DNA of 64,000 bases from assembly GCA_913060875.1 (NCBI GenBank), contig CAJXSL010000001.1, forward strand, positions 1,079,398-1,143,397, given 5' to 3'. Each line of letters begins with the position of its first letter. Position 1 is the stretch's first letter. The notes under the pieces are model-generated. The model did not search any database. It saw only the letters and a list, made by a program, of their open reading frames with translations, and was not told the DNA's origin. The position numbers and the translations under genes were made by a program. Origin of the DNA: an uncultured Desulfobacteraceae bacterium (GTDB taxonomy: Bacteria > Desulfobacterota > Desulfobacteria > Desulfobacterales > UBA5852). Shown here in pieces: positions 1-9,619 of the stretch.

Positions 1-352
1 TTAATTTCTTAACAAGGGGCAGTTTTTTTGCACTCATTTTTGATACATACCGTCTACTTTCAGAAGCTGCATGCAGATTCCTTATTGGAACAAAGACATG
101 TTTGATTTCAATATCATCTCGGCGTATTATCTCTTTCGCATAATCACAGAAATGGGGACTCTTTACAACAAATGGACAGTCATTTTTTCTTAAGTCATGC
201 TCTAACCCTGCACGGGCTTCTTGATGCTTTTTATTTGCCATATTGTCTACACTAAAACCTGTATCCAGTCCTAAATGCGTGAGAAGCTCAACCAAAAACG
301 TGGTTCCAGCTCGCCCAGTCCCAGTGATAATTACATGATGTTTCGATGGCAT
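1..352 (-). CDS. Sulfotransferase-like P-loop protein, partial (3' end runs off the window)
   Basis: Not in the ORF track. Manual translation from ATG at 352 (RBS AGGAG) is open to base 1: MPSKHHVIITGTGRAGTTFLVELL...VVKSPHF...VPIRNLHAASES. GxxRxGTT and R-x6-S resemble PAPS-binding motifs. AT-rich DNA. Confidence 0.6.
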   Translation of the reverse strand, partial: MPSKHHVIITGTGRAGTTFLVELLTHLGLDTGFSVDNMANKKHQEARAGLEHDLRKNDCPFVVKSPHFCDYAKEIIRRDDIEIKHVFVPIRNLHAASESRRYVSKMSAKKLPLVKKL

Positions 353-687
353 AATTTCTCCTGATTGCTAAATTGGGCGTGATCGCCATTCTTGAATATT
401 TTCTCCCCGAGTTTGCGATGAAGATAGGGGAAGGATGTAAAGGTTTGTTGATGATAAGGGTTTTTTTTGTGAAGAAATTGTAAAGTCGATTTGGCTTGGA
501 AGGTGACCGTAAACTTGCCACTTCAAAAGCGTGAACCGGCAAAAATGTCAATTCTGATTGTGGATGGTGAACAGAAGCTGTGCGAACTTTGGTCGGATAA
601 TCTTAAATGATCAGGGTATAATGGAATCTTATTTGACACGTTTCAATTGCCTGCGCGCTTGACAAACGAGGGGGCAACCGGTAATGG

Positions 688-699
688 TTCGCATACGAA
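688..699. promoter_or_regulatory. Putative MarR operator (TTCGCATACGAA)
   Basis: Near-palindrome just upstream of marR and downstream of TTGACA (659-664); 11/12 identical to the palindrome at 1166-1177. Confidence 0.5.
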
Positions 700-709
700 G
701 GGAATGGGT

Positions 710-1147
710 ATGAACAAGACCACCAAACCGATGCCGGATTGCACGATTTTCCTGCTGGCCAAGGCCTACCAGAGGGCCCACGGGCGTTTCAAGGAAGTGC
801 TGAAGCCTTACGGGCTGACCAACCTGCAGCATCTTGTGCTGGAGGGGCTCTGGTATGAATCCGGGCAGACCGCGGCGGAACTGGGCAAGCTGCTCGTGAT
901 GGACAAGGCCACGCTGTCCGGCGTGCTGGACCGCATGAGCGATGCCGGGTGGATCGAAAAGCGTCGCGACCCTGAGGACCGCCGGGTGGTGCGGCTGTTT
1001 ACGGCCGCTCGCGCGGACGACCAGAAGGCCGAGCTGATCGAACTTCGCCGAAAGGCCAACCAGGATCTGCTGGCAGGCTTCAGCGCCGAGGAGCAGGTGC
1101 TGCTCAAACGCATGCTCATGGACCTGATGGAATTGGGAGCCGCCTAA
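710..1147 (+). CDS. MarR family transcriptional regulator
   Basis: wHTH pattern LAELGK..DKATLSGVLDRM..GWIEKRRDPEDRR; start could be 704, 710 or 731. Confidence 0.9.
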   Translation: MNKTTKPMPDCTIFLLAKAYQRAHGRFKEVLKPYGLTNLQHLVLEGLWYESGQTAAELGKLLVMDKATLSGVLDRMSDAGWIEKRRDPEDRRVVRLFTAARADDQKAELIELRRKANQDLLAGFSAEEQVLLKRMLMDLMELGAA

Positions 1148-1162
1148 AAAATTTTAGGATAA

Positions 1163-1180
1163 ATGTTCGTATACGAATAT
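1163..1180. promoter_or_regulatory. Putative MarR operator (ATGTTCGTATACGAATAT)
   Basis: Perfect 12-bp palindromic core TTCGTATACGAA at 1166-1177, upstream of the acyl-CoA dehydrogenase gene. Confidence 0.5.
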
Positions 1181-1232
1181 AAATGAAATGGGATTCCATT
1201 TATATAATGGGAAGGGCGGGGAGATTTAAAAA

Positions 1233-1488
1233 AGATTCGAGGGTAAAAAACATAGGGGCCGAGGATTCAGGGATTCAAGGGTTCAAGTGAGGAAAAAACA
1301 AGGATTCAAGGGTTCAAGTGTAACTTGTATGAAAAAAGCGCCAAGCTCAAAGCGTCAAGCTGAAAGCGAGAGGCCGAAGAGAAGGTCAGCGTCCCTGGGA
1401 ATGTTAAAAGGTTTTTCGTTTTTGATTTTTACTGGACCCCTTGGCCCTGGAATCCTGGAACCCTGTCGGTCTTGACCCCTGGAACCCT
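1233..1488 (+). repeat. Octamer-array hairpin element, family A copy 1
   Basis: Left arm of GGATTCAA/GGGTTCAA-type 8-mers, a core with AAGCTCA/AAGCGTC/AAGCTGA 7-mers, and a right arm of complementary 8-mers. 1254-1446 is near-identical to the reverse complement of 4411-4602. Confidence 0.9.
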
Positions 1489-1570
1489 ATAGTTTCTGAA
1501 AAACCACTTTTTCACCCGATAACCGCGACAAAAATAAAAATTGACGCATAAACGCCAAGGAGGATGCCAC

Positions 1571-3271
1571 ATGATTTTCAACCCCCGAAAGGAAACATTC
1601 GATCACCTGGATGCGCGTTCCAAGGAGATCATGACCAAGACCATCGAATTTTTTGAGGCCAAGGGCAAGGCCGGGCTCAAGGAAGACGACCACGAACGCC
1701 GCTGGTATGCGGATTTTCTTGATTTCGTCAAGGAAAACAAAGTGTTTGCCACCCTGCTGACCCCGCCCGAGTTTGCCGGGGGCGACAAGGACGCCCGCTG
1801 GGACACCTACCGCAACTGCGTTTTCAACGAGATCCTGGGATTCTACGGCCTGGCCTACTGGTACACCTGGCAGGTGACCATCCTGGGGCTGGGGCCCCTC
1901 TGGATGAGCCCCAACAAGGAAATCAAGGAAAAAACCGGCCAGCTCCTGCGCGACGGCGGCATTTTCGGCTTCGGTCTTTCTGAAAAAGCCCACGGTGCGG
2001 ACCTGTATTCCTCCGATATGATGCTGACGCCCCTGGGTGACGGCAAATACGTGGCCGACGGTGGCAAGTACTACATCGGCAACGGCAACAAGGCCGCGCT
2101 GCTCTCCACCTTCGGCAAGAATTCCGATACCGACGAATACGTCTGGTTTGCGGTAGAGACCGACCACGACAATTTCGAATTGGTCAAAAATATCGTCAAC
2201 TCCCAGATGTACGTGGCCGAGTATGGCCTGAACAGCTACCCCATCACCGATGCCGAGGTGCTCTCCACAGGCCAGGAAGCCTGGGACGCGGCGCTCAACA
2301 CGGTCAACGTGGGCAAGTTCAACCTGGGCTGGGCCTCCATCGGGATCTGCACCCATGCCTTCTACGAAGCCATCAACCATGCGGCCCACCGCAACCTGTA
2401 CGGCAAGTTCGTGACCGATTTCCCCCACATCCAGCAGATGTTCACCGACGCCTATGCGCGCCTGGCGGCCATGCGCATCTTCTCCGCCCGGTCCATAGAC
2501 TACATGCGCTCCGCGTCTGCGGAAGACCGGCGCTACCTGCTCTACAACCCCATGGTGAAGATGAAGGTCACCACCCAGGGCGAGGAAGTGATCAACCTGC
2601 TGTGGGACGTGATCGCGGCCCGCGGCTTCGAGAAGGACACCTACTTCGAAATGGCGGCCCGCGACATCCGGGCGCTGCCCAAGCTGGAAGGCACGGTGCA
2701 CGTCAACATGGCCCTGATCGTGAAGTTCATGGCCAACTATCTGTTCAACCCGGGCGAATTCCCGGAGATCCCCTTCCGGGCGGACGCGACTCACGACGAC
2801 TTCCTGTTCAACCAGGGCGCGACCCGGGGCCTGGGCAAGATTCAGTTCCACGACTACATGAAAGCCTACAACCAGGTGGACTTGCCCAACGTGAACATCT
2901 TCAAGGAACAGATCGAAGCCCTCAAGGCCGTGCTCATGTCTGCTCCCCCTACCAAGGAGCAAACCAAGAATATCGATTTCCTCCTTTGCCTGGGCGAGCT
3001 GTTCACCCTGGTGGCCTACGGCCAGTTGATCATCGAGAAGGCCAAGATGGACGGCATGGGCGACGACATGATGGAGCAGATCTTCGACTTCATGGTGCGG
3101 GATTTCTCCAAGTTCGCCCTGCAGCTCTACTCCAAGACCAGCAGCACCGAGGCCCAGATGGAAGGCTGCCTGAAGATGATCCGCAAACCGGTGGTGGACG
3201 AGGAACGGTTCCAGCGGGTGTGGCAGAACGAGGTGCTTACCCTGACGGATACCTTTGAAATGAATCCCTGA
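1571..3271 (+). CDS. Acyl-CoA dehydrogenase (long, 566 aa)
   Basis: FGLSEKAHGADL, GGKYYIGNG and PKLEGTVHVN ACAD motifs; RBS AAGGAGG. Confidence 0.92.
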   Translation: MIFNPRKETFDHLDARSKEIMTKTIEFFEAKGKAGLKEDDHERRWYADFLDFVKENKVFATLLTPPEFAGGDKDARWDTYRNCVFNEILGFYGLAYWYTWQVTILGLGPLWMSPNKEIKEKTGQLLRDGGIFGFGLSEKAHGADLYSSDMMLTPLGDGKYVADGGKYYIGNGNKAALLSTFGKNSDTDEYVWFAVETDHDNFELVKNIVNSQMYVAEYGLNSYPITDAEVLSTGQEAWDAALNTVNVGKFNLGWASIGICTHAFYEAINHAAHRNLYGKFVTDFPHIQQMFTDAYARLAAMRIFSARSIDYMRSASAEDRRYLLYNPMVKMKVTTQGEEVINLLWDVIAARGFEKDTYFEMAARDIRALPKLEGTVHVNMALIVKFMANYLFNPGEFPEIPFRADATHDDFLFNQGATRGLGKIQFHDYMKAYNQVDLPNVNIFKEQIEALKAVLMSAPPTKEQTKNIDFLLCLGELFTLVAYGQLIIEKAKMDGMGDDMMEQIFDFMVRDFSKFALQLYSKTSSTEAQMEGCLKMIRKPVVDEERFQRVWQNEVLTLTDTFEMNP

Positions 3272-3300
3272 TACCCGCCCGCAAATGCGGCCGGCTATGG

Positions 3301-3333
3301 AAAAGGGCACACCTGCAAGATGTGCCCTTTTTT
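3301..3333. terminator. Intrinsic terminator, possibly bidirectional
   Basis: AAAAGGGCACA-loop-TGTGCCCTTTTTT after the ACAD stop. Confidence 0.75.
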
Positions 3334-3461
3334 GTATTGATCATAGATCTCAATCCCTCGTGAAGAGACCGGGAAAGCTTTACTGCCAAACCAAGATGCT
3401 TTTCTTTTATGTGTTCATTTTTTTCCTCGCCGAAGAAAACGAACCAAAAGAAGGCGCCCGG

Positions 3462-3610
3462 TGTCACGAGCCCTTCGGGTTCGCCTGCGCGTCGCGGTTA
3501 CGGGCGGACGCGCCGAAACTCGCCCGCCTTCGCTTTGGCTACGGCGGGCTCAAACAGTCGCCGCGTCTTTATCGCCCGTACCCCCGATGCTCGGCCTCGT
3601 GACAATGGGG
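3462..3610 (+). repeat. Palindromic REP-like element, family C copy 1
   Basis: TGTCACGAG...CTCGTGACA inverted ends. Blocks GAAACTCGCC..., GGGCTCAAACAGT and CGATGCTCGGC..GACAATGGG are shared with 18863-18980 and 17654-17686. Confidence 0.75.
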
Positions 3611-3781
3611 TAAAATCAACTGCAAAAAACTTTTAACCTCTGTTACAACGATTAATTGAAGCCTTCTATACTGCGGGAGGAATTCTTCATTTTAGACGAT
3701 TTTTGTAAAGGTTTCGAGACCAAGGCTTGCGAAGCCCGAGGAATGAAGCGTAACACCGGTATCTACTTATTTGCGAGGTCG

Positions 3782-4252
3782 TCACTTTTTTCCGCCAAGC
3801 TTGACGATGGCATCGAATTCCTTTTTCGTCACGGGCATGACGGACAGGCGGTTGCCGCGGCGTAGCAGGATCATGTCTTTCAAGGCCGGGACCTCGCGGA
3901 GTGACTTGAGGGGGAGGGGGGCGGCGAACTCCGATTCGAATTTGATGTCCACCATGTACCAGATGGGATTTTCCGGGGAGCTTTTGGGATCGAAGTGGTT
4001 GTTTGTGGGGTCCCAGGCCGTGTGGTCCGGGTAGCCGGTGCGCACGATGCGGGCGGTGCCGACGGCTGCCGGCTTCTTGCCGCTGTGGTAGAAGAGGACC
4101 CGGTCGCCTTTCTGCATGTCGTCGCGCATGAAGTTGCGGGCCTGGTAGTTGCGCACCCCGTCCCAGTGGTCGGTCTGGTCCGGTTCGTTCTTGAGGTCTT
4201 CCAGGGCGTACTCCCCGGGTTCGGATTTCATGAGCCAGTATTTGGTTGGCAT
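3782..4252 (-). CDS. EVE domain protein
   Basis: YWLMKSEP, WDGVRNYQARNFMR, FYHS and RLSVMPV motifs. True start is MPTK at 4252; the ORF-track extension runs through a repeat. Confidence 0.93.
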   Translation of the reverse strand: MPTKYWLMKSEPGEYALEDLKNEPDQTDHWDGVRNYQARNFMRDDMQKGDRVLFYHSGKKPAAVGTARIVRTGYPDHTAWDPTNNHFDPKSSPENPIWYMVDIKFESEFAAPLPLKSLREVPALKDMILLRRGNRLSVMPVTKKEFDAIVKLGGKK

Positions 4253-4271
4253 GGGGGATTCCTTTCGATTA

Positions 4272-4655
4272 GAGGGTTCAAGGATTCGAAGGGGCAAGAA
4301 CGACAGGGTTCCAGGGTTCCAGGGTTCAAGGGGCCAAGGGGCGAGAAGAACAGGGGTCAAGGAACCAAGGGACCATGGGGTCGAGAACCGCAGGATTCCA
4401 GAGACCAAGGGGCCAAGGGGGCAAGTGAAAATCAAATACGAAAAACCTTTTAACATTCCAGGGACGCTGACCTTCTTTTCGGCCTCTCGCTTTCAGCTTG
4501 GCGCTTTGAGCTTGGCGCTTTTTTCATACAAGTTACACTTGAACCCTTGAATCCTTGTTTTTTCCTCACTTGAACCCTTGAATCCCTGAATCCTCGGCCC
4601 CTCGAATCCCTGTTTTTCCCCACTTGAATCCTTGACCCCCTGAATCCTCGCCCCC
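4272..4655 (-). repeat. Octamer-array hairpin element, family A copy 2
   Basis: Long G-rich 8-mer arm (4272-4425), core, and C-rich arm (4535-4655); core inverted relative to copy 1. Confidence 0.9.
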
Positions 4656-5687
4656 TTATTTTAGAACCTTCTCGTAGACCCGCATGAAATTTCCCCCCAG
4701 CACCTTGAGAATATCTTCGTCGCTGTAGCCCCGCTGGATCATCCCGGCGGTGAAGTCCGGCATGTGGTGATGGCCGGGCAGGACATCATAGGTTTCCAGG
4801 GCATGAGGGAGGGAGAGGTAATCCTTGAAGCCGCTGCAGAAATCCAGGCCGATGCCGATGTGATCGATGCCCACGAGCTTTACGATATAATCGACGTGGT
4901 TCAGGAGATCCTCGACCCCAAGCTTGCGGGAACCGTTGCCCACAAAGGCGCTGATGGCATTCATGCCCATGACGCCACCCCGCTCGGCCAAGGCCCTGAT
5001 CTGGTCGTCGGTGAGGTTGCGCGGGGTATCGACCAGGGCGCGGCAGTTGGAATGGGAGGCGATGACAGGTCCGGTGGCCGTTTCCATGACATCCCAGAAC
5101 CCGGCCTCGTTCATGTGGCTGACGTCGATCAGCATGCCAAGCTGGTCGGCCTTGTTCACGAGGGCGCGTCCGAAATCGGTCAGGCCGCAGGGTCGCACTT
5201 TGGCATCATTGGAGAACGCACAGCCGTCGGCGGCATAGTTGCGCCGGCTCCAGGTCAGGCCGAGCCCCCGGACGCCCAGGTCATAGAAGACCCGCAGCAG
5301 GCTCAGGTCGTTTTGCAGGGGATCGGCTCCCTCCAGGGAGAGCAGCAGCCCCACGTGCCCGTTTTCTCGCGCCTGACGGATGTCTTCCATGCTGCGGCAG
5401 AGGCGCATTTGTTCGGCCAAACCGTCCAACTCTTCCGCCAGCCGGCTGATCTGCCCCAGGGCCTTGCGCAGGCCCATTTCCGGGAGGAAGTAGTTTTCAA
5501 TGAAAATAGCGGAAACGATCAGGTCGAACCCGCCTTGCCTGAAACGGTCGAGGTACTGGGAGGCGATGACCTCCTTCTGGCCGCGATCCCGCTGGTTGGC
5601 CACATCCCAGGGCAGGTCGAAATGGGCATCGATGATGAAGGCCTGCTGGTGCAGGTCGGCGACCCGGCGGGCCAGGTTGGTGTCCAT
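4656..5687 (-). CDS. Membrane dipeptidase, peptidase family M19
   Basis: IDAHFD, SLEGAD, DVSH, ASHSN, RNLTD and GLDF motifs; RBS AGGAG. Confidence 0.92.
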   Translation of the reverse strand: MDTNLARRVADLHQQAFIIDAHFDLPWDVANQRDRGQKEVIASQYLDRFRQGGFDLIVSAIFIENYFLPEMGLRKALGQISRLAEELDGLAEQMRLCRSMEDIRQARENGHVGLLLSLEGADPLQNDLSLLRVFYDLGVRGLGLTWSRRNYAADGCAFSNDAKVRPCGLTDFGRALVNKADQLGMLIDVSHMNEAGFWDVMETATGPVIASHSNCRALVDTPRNLTDDQIRALAERGGVMGMNAISAFVGNGSRKLGVEDLLNHVDYIVKLVGIDHIGIGLDFCSGFKDYLSLPHALETYDVLPGHHHMPDFTAGMIQRGYSDEDILKVLGGNFMRVYEKVLK

Positions 5688-5718
5688 GATGGTTCTCCTG
5701 TTTAGCGTTACGTATAGT

Positions 5719-6000
5719 TGGGGCCAAGAACAACAGGATTCCAAGGTTCAAGGGGTCGAGGGGGCCGAGAACGGCAGGGGGCCAGGATTCAAGGGGTCAA
5801 GGAATCCAGTGAAAATCTAAAGCAACAAACTTAGCATTCCCAGGGACGCCCGCTTTTTTTGTTTCTTTCTGCCCGTCACACTTGACCCCTCGAACCCCTG
5901 AATCCTCGGACCCTATGTTTTTTTCTTCACTTGCCCCCTTGAATCCTCTGATCCTATGGTTTTCTTCACTTGAACCCTCGAATTCCTGAACCCTTGGATC
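5719..6000 (-). repeat. Octamer-array hairpin element, family A copy 3 (diverged core)
   Basis: Same arms as copy 2 and the AGTGAAAATC..CATTCCCAGGGACGC core block, but the 7-mer segment is missing. Confidence 0.85.
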
Positions 6001-6786
6001 CTATACGCCCCCCTCAAATTCTTCCATCGTTGCGACGGCTTCGCGATTGTACCCGATGCTGGCGTCGAGCAGCTGGCGTGTGTAGGGGTGCTCCGGAGCG
6101 CGGCGGCGCAGGGTTTCCACGCCCAGCTCTTCTACGATAACACCGCGGTTCATGACCGCAATGCGGCGGCACATGTGGGCCACCACGGCCAGGTCGTGGC
6201 TGACCAGGATATAGGTCAGGTTCCGGCGACGCTGCAGGCCCGTAAGAAGATTGAGCACTTCGGCCTGCACCGAGACATCCAAGGCGGAGGTGGGTTCGTC
6301 CAGCAGCAGGATACGGGGCTCCAGAATCAGAGCCCGGGCCACGGCCACCCGCTGGCGCTGGCCGCCGGACAGCTGATGCGGATAACGGAATCGGAATTCA
6401 GGTCCCAGCCCGACTTCCTCGAGGGCCCGCAGCACCCGGTCTTCCGCCTGGCCCAGGCCGTGGATGGCCACGGGTTCGGAAAGGATGCGGTCCACGGTAT
6501 GGCGCGGGTGCAGCGATCCGTAGGGGTCCTGGAACACCATCTGGACTTTTTTATGGAAATCCTGGTCCCGCCGTTGGCCCTGGCGTTCGCCGTCGATGGT
6601 GACGGTGCCGTTCCAGCGCCGGTTCAGTCCGCTGAGAACATTCAAAATGGTCGATTTGCCGGAGCCCGACTCGCCCACGATGCCGTATACCCCGCCGGCT
6701 TCGACCTCGAAGGAGGCATCCGCAACCGCCCGGAGTGCGCGGTGGCCGCGGCCGAAGACCACATCGAGACCATTGACGCTGATCAT
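6001..6786 (-). CDS. dppF: Dipeptide/oligopeptide ABC transporter ATPase (DppF-like)
   Basis: GESGSGKS, QLSGGQRQR and LDEPTSALD; real start MISVNG at 6786, overlapping the dppD stop. Confidence 0.9.
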   Translation of the reverse strand: MISVNGLDVVFGRGHRALRAVADASFEVEAGGVYGIVGESGSGKSTILNVLSGLNRRWNGTVTIDGERQGQRRDQDFHKKVQMVFQDPYGSLHPRHTVDRILSEPVAIHGLGQAEDRVLRALEEVGLGPEFRFRYPHQLSGGQRQRVAVARALILEPRILLLDEPTSALDVSVQAEVLNLLTGLQRRRNLTYILVSHDLAVVAHMCRRIAVMNRGVIVEELGVETLRRRAPEHPYTRQLLDASIGYNREAVATMEEFEGGV

Positions 6787-7625
6787 GAGACACCGTCCCG
6801 CCAGGCCGGATCCCGCTCCAGAACCGGAAGTTCGCCGGGGGGCGTGTCGATCTGCGGCAGGCAGTTGAGAAGCCCCCGGGTGTAGGGATGCCGGGCCTGG
6901 TGGAGATCGGCGGCCGAGCAGACTTCCATGATGCGTCCGGCATACATGATGACGATGCGGTCGCAGAACGAGGCCACCAGGTTGAGGTCGTGGCTGATGA
7001 AAATGAGCCCCATGCCGCGCTCCTGCACCAGGTCGTCCATAATCGCCAATAACTGGAGCTGGACGGTAACGTCCAGAGCGGAGGTGGGCTCGTCGGCAAT
7101 CAGGAGATCCGGGCCCGGAATCAGCATCATGGCGATCATGATGCGCTGCCCCATGCCGCCGGATACTTCGTGGGGGTAGCTTGCATAGACCTGCTCCGGC
7201 CGGCGGATTTTTACGGCTTCGAGCATCTCGATGGTTTTGCGGCGTGCTTCCGCCCTGGAAGCACGGGCATGAATGCGGTAGGCCTCGGCAATTTGCTCGC
7301 CCACCGTCATGACCGGGTTCAGGGAATACTTGGGATCCTGCATGACCATGGCAATCCGGCGGCCCCGGATGCCCTGCATGGTACGGGCGTCGTTTTGCTC
7401 CAGTTCGGCCCCGTCGAAAACCAGCCGGTCGGCGGTCACCTTGCCCGGCGGCCGGACCAGGCCCAGCAGGGCCCGGCAGGTGACGGACTTGCCGGATCCG
7501 GATTCCCCCACGATGCCCAGTTTCTCGCGTCCCATGGTGAAGCTGACCCCGCGGACCGCTTCGATGGTCTCCTTGCGGGTGGCAAAGGTCACGTGCAGGT
7601 TGTCGACTTCCAGCAAGGCGGTCAT
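6783..7625 (-). CDS. dppD: Dipeptide/oligopeptide ABC transporter ATPase (DppD-like)
   Basis: GESGSGKS, YPHEVSGGMGQR, ADEPTSALD and HPYTRGL. Confidence 0.92.
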   Translation of the reverse strand: MTALLEVDNLHVTFATRKETIEAVRGVSFTMGREKLGIVGESGSGKSVTCRALLGLVRPPGKVTADRLVFDGAELEQNDARTMQGIRGRRIAMVMQDPKYSLNPVMTVGEQIAEAYRIHARASRAEARRKTIEMLEAVKIRRPEQVYASYPHEVSGGMGQRIMIAMMLIPGPDLLIADEPTSALDVTVQLQLLAIMDDLVQERGMGLIFISHDLNLVASFCDRIVIMYAGRIMEVCSAADLHQARHPYTRGLLNCLPQIDTPPGELPVLERDPAWRDGVS

Positions 7626-8567
7626 CTAACGGCCCTCCGCTTTGGGATCCAAAACGTCCCGCAGTCCGTCGCCCAGGAGATTGAACCCCAGGCTGACCAC
7701 GAAAATGGCCACCCCGGGCATGGCGGCCACCCACCACTGGTCGAGCATGAATTTGCGTCCGCTGGAGATCATGGCCCCCCACTCGGGCAGGGGGGGCTGG
7801 GCCCCCAGCCCCAGGAATCCCAGGCCAGCCGCCGTAAGGATGATTCCGGCCATGTCCAGGGTGACGCGCACGATCAGGGAGGACAGGCACAGGGGCATGA
7901 CATGCCCCCAGATCAGCCGGATCGGTCCGGCGCCCTGCAGGCGGGCGGCCTTGATGAAATCGGCCTTGCGGATGGTGATGGTCTCCGCCCGTGCGATGCG
8001 GGCGTAGGGGGGCCAGGCCGTGATGGCAATGGCGATGATGGCGTTTTCGATGCCCGGCCCCAGGGCCGACACGAAGGCCAGGGCCAGGATGAGCTTGGGA
8101 AAGGCCAGGAAGATGTCCGTGACGCGCATCAGCACCACATCCAGCCAGCCCCCGATATAGCCCGCCACCGTGCCGATGAGGAGGCCCACCGGGGCGGCGA
8201 TGATGGCCACCAGGACGATGACGTAGAGGGTCAGACGCGACCCGTGGATGATGCGGGAGAGGATGTCGCGGCCCAGCTCGTCGGTCCCCAGCCAGTGGGC
8301 CGAAGACATGGGCATCAGCCGTTCGGCCAGGTTGGGGGCGTTGGGTGCGTAGGGGGCGATGATCGGGGCCAGGGCGGCCGCGGCCACCAGCACGATGATG
8401 ATGCCCAGTCCGATCATGGCCAGGCGGTTCTCGATAAAGGTCAACCAGGCGATATAAGCGCGGCCCAATCGGGCCTGGCGCCGGGATCGGGGGGCCGTGG
8501 ACAGGAGCCATTGCCGCAGGCGGTCGTGCCGATGAGTTGCGATGCTGTTGGCGGAAGATGTTGTCAT
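7626..8567 (-). CDS. dppC: Dipeptide ABC transporter permease (DppC-like)
   Basis: HWLGTDELGRD, EAA-like loop FIKAARLQGA and GLGFLGLGAQPP. Confidence 0.92.
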   Translation of the reverse strand: MTTSSANSIATHRHDRLRQWLLSTAPRSRRQARLGRAYIAWLTFIENRLAMIGLGIIIVLVAAAALAPIIAPYAPNAPNLAERLMPMSSAHWLGTDELGRDILSRIIHGSRLTLYVIVLVAIIAAPVGLLIGTVAGYIGGWLDVVLMRVTDIFLAFPKLILALAFVSALGPGIENAIIAIAITAWPPYARIARAETITIRKADFIKAARLQGAGPIRLIWGHVMPLCLSSLIVRVTLDMAGIILTAAGLGFLGLGAQPPLPEWGAMISSGRKFMLDQWWVAAMPGVAIFVVSLGFNLLGDGLRDVLDPKAEGR

Positions 8568-9616
8568 CGTGCGCGGGGATCCATGAGACGGTACAAGGCG
8601 TCCGAAAGCAGGTTGATACCGATGAACACCGCGCCCACCACGATGGTGCCGCCCAGGACGGCATTCATGTCCGCGCTGAGCAGGGACTGGGTGAGGTAGA
8701 ACCCCAGCCCGGGCCAGGCAAAGACCGTTTCCGTGAGCACGGAACCTTCCAGGAGATTACCGTAGCTCAGGGCGATGACGGTGACCAGGGGGATGCGCAC
8801 GTTGCCCAGGGCATGGCGCCAGACCACGGCGCGTTCGCTGACCCCCTTGACCCGGGCTGTGGTGATATACTCCTGGTTGAGCTGCTCCAGCATGAAGCTG
8901 CGGGTCATGCGGCTGATGTAGGCCAGGCTGAAATAGCCGAGAATGGCGGCCGGCAGGGTGATATGGGCCAGGGCGTTGCGGAAGATGTCCCATTCCCCGG
9001 CCAGGGCGCTGTCGATCAGAATGACCCCGGTGACCGGATCCAGCAGGCCTTCGTAGAAGACATCCAGCCGGCCCGGGCCCGGCGCCCAGTCCAACCGTCC
9101 GTAAAACAAGAGAAGCCCCATCAACCCCAGCCAGAAGACCGGCACGGAATAACCGAAGAGGCCCACCACCCGCAGCAACTGGTCCGGCCAGCGTCCCTGG
9201 TGCACGGCCGCCAGGACGCCCATGGGAATGCCCAGTACGATGCCGAACAGGGTGGCGGCCGTGGCCAGCTCCAGGGTGGCCGGGAACACCCGGGCGATGT
9301 CGGTGGTGACGGCGTTGGCGGTCAGCACCGACTGCCCGAGATCCCCCTGGAGAACTTTGCCGATGTAGACCAGGAACTGCTGGTAGAGGGGCAGATGCAG
9401 GCCCAGTTCGATCCTGACGCGTTCATAGACTTCGGCCGGGGCACGGTCGCCCACCGCGGCCAGAACCGGGTCGATGGGCACCACCCGGCCGATCAGGAAT
9501 GTGACAAACAGCAGACCGATAAAGGTCAGGGCAACCGTGGCGGCCAGCGCCGACAGCTTGCGGCCGTAATGCCAGACCCGGCTGCCCTGCGGGGATGTAC
9601 CCGAATCCTGCCCCAT
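8564..9616 (-). CDS. dppB: Dipeptide ABC transporter permease (DppB-like)
   Basis: GDLGQS, FPATLELA, EYITTARVKG and ETVFAWPGLG. Confidence 0.92.
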   Translation of the reverse strand: MGQDSGTSPQGSRVWHYGRKLSALAATVALTFIGLLFVTFLIGRVVPIDPVLAAVGDRAPAEVYERVRIELGLHLPLYQQFLVYIGKVLQGDLGQSVLTANAVTTDIARVFPATLELATAATLFGIVLGIPMGVLAAVHQGRWPDQLLRVVGLFGYSVPVFWLGLMGLLLFYGRLDWAPGPGRLDVFYEGLLDPVTGVILIDSALAGEWDIFRNALAHITLPAAILGYFSLAYISRMTRSFMLEQLNQEYITTARVKGVSERAVVWRHALGNVRIPLVTVIALSYGNLLEGSVLTETVFAWPGLGFYLTQSLLSADMNAVLGGTIVVGAVFIGINLLSDALYRLMDPRAR

Positions 9617-9619
9617 CGC

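Noticed and set aside
1287..1475. Short ORFs in family A repeats (also 4149-4550, 12718-12987 and the N-terminal extension of the EVE ORF)
   Set aside because: They are translations of repeat DNA, and frames differ between copies because of indels.
1487..3310. Long antisense ORFs (also 7170-8699, 8537-10369, 19335-21536, 25793-27742)
   Set aside because: They are shadows of well-supported genes on the opposite strand in GC3-biased DNA and have no recognisable motifs.
3693..3752. Possible left half of another family B-like element (TAGACG..CAAGGC..GAGGAATGAAGCGTA)
   Set aside because: No matching right end or close second copy in the window; too weak to call.
1233..6000. Octamer arrays as a CRISPR array
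   Set aside because: Units are degenerate 8-mers in inverted arms with no constant repeat-spacer period, and no cas genes are present.
6001..8664. 887-aa ORF as a giant ABC fusion
   Set aside because: Only the last 261 aa (from 6786) are DppF; the rest is an off-frame overlap of dppC and dppD.
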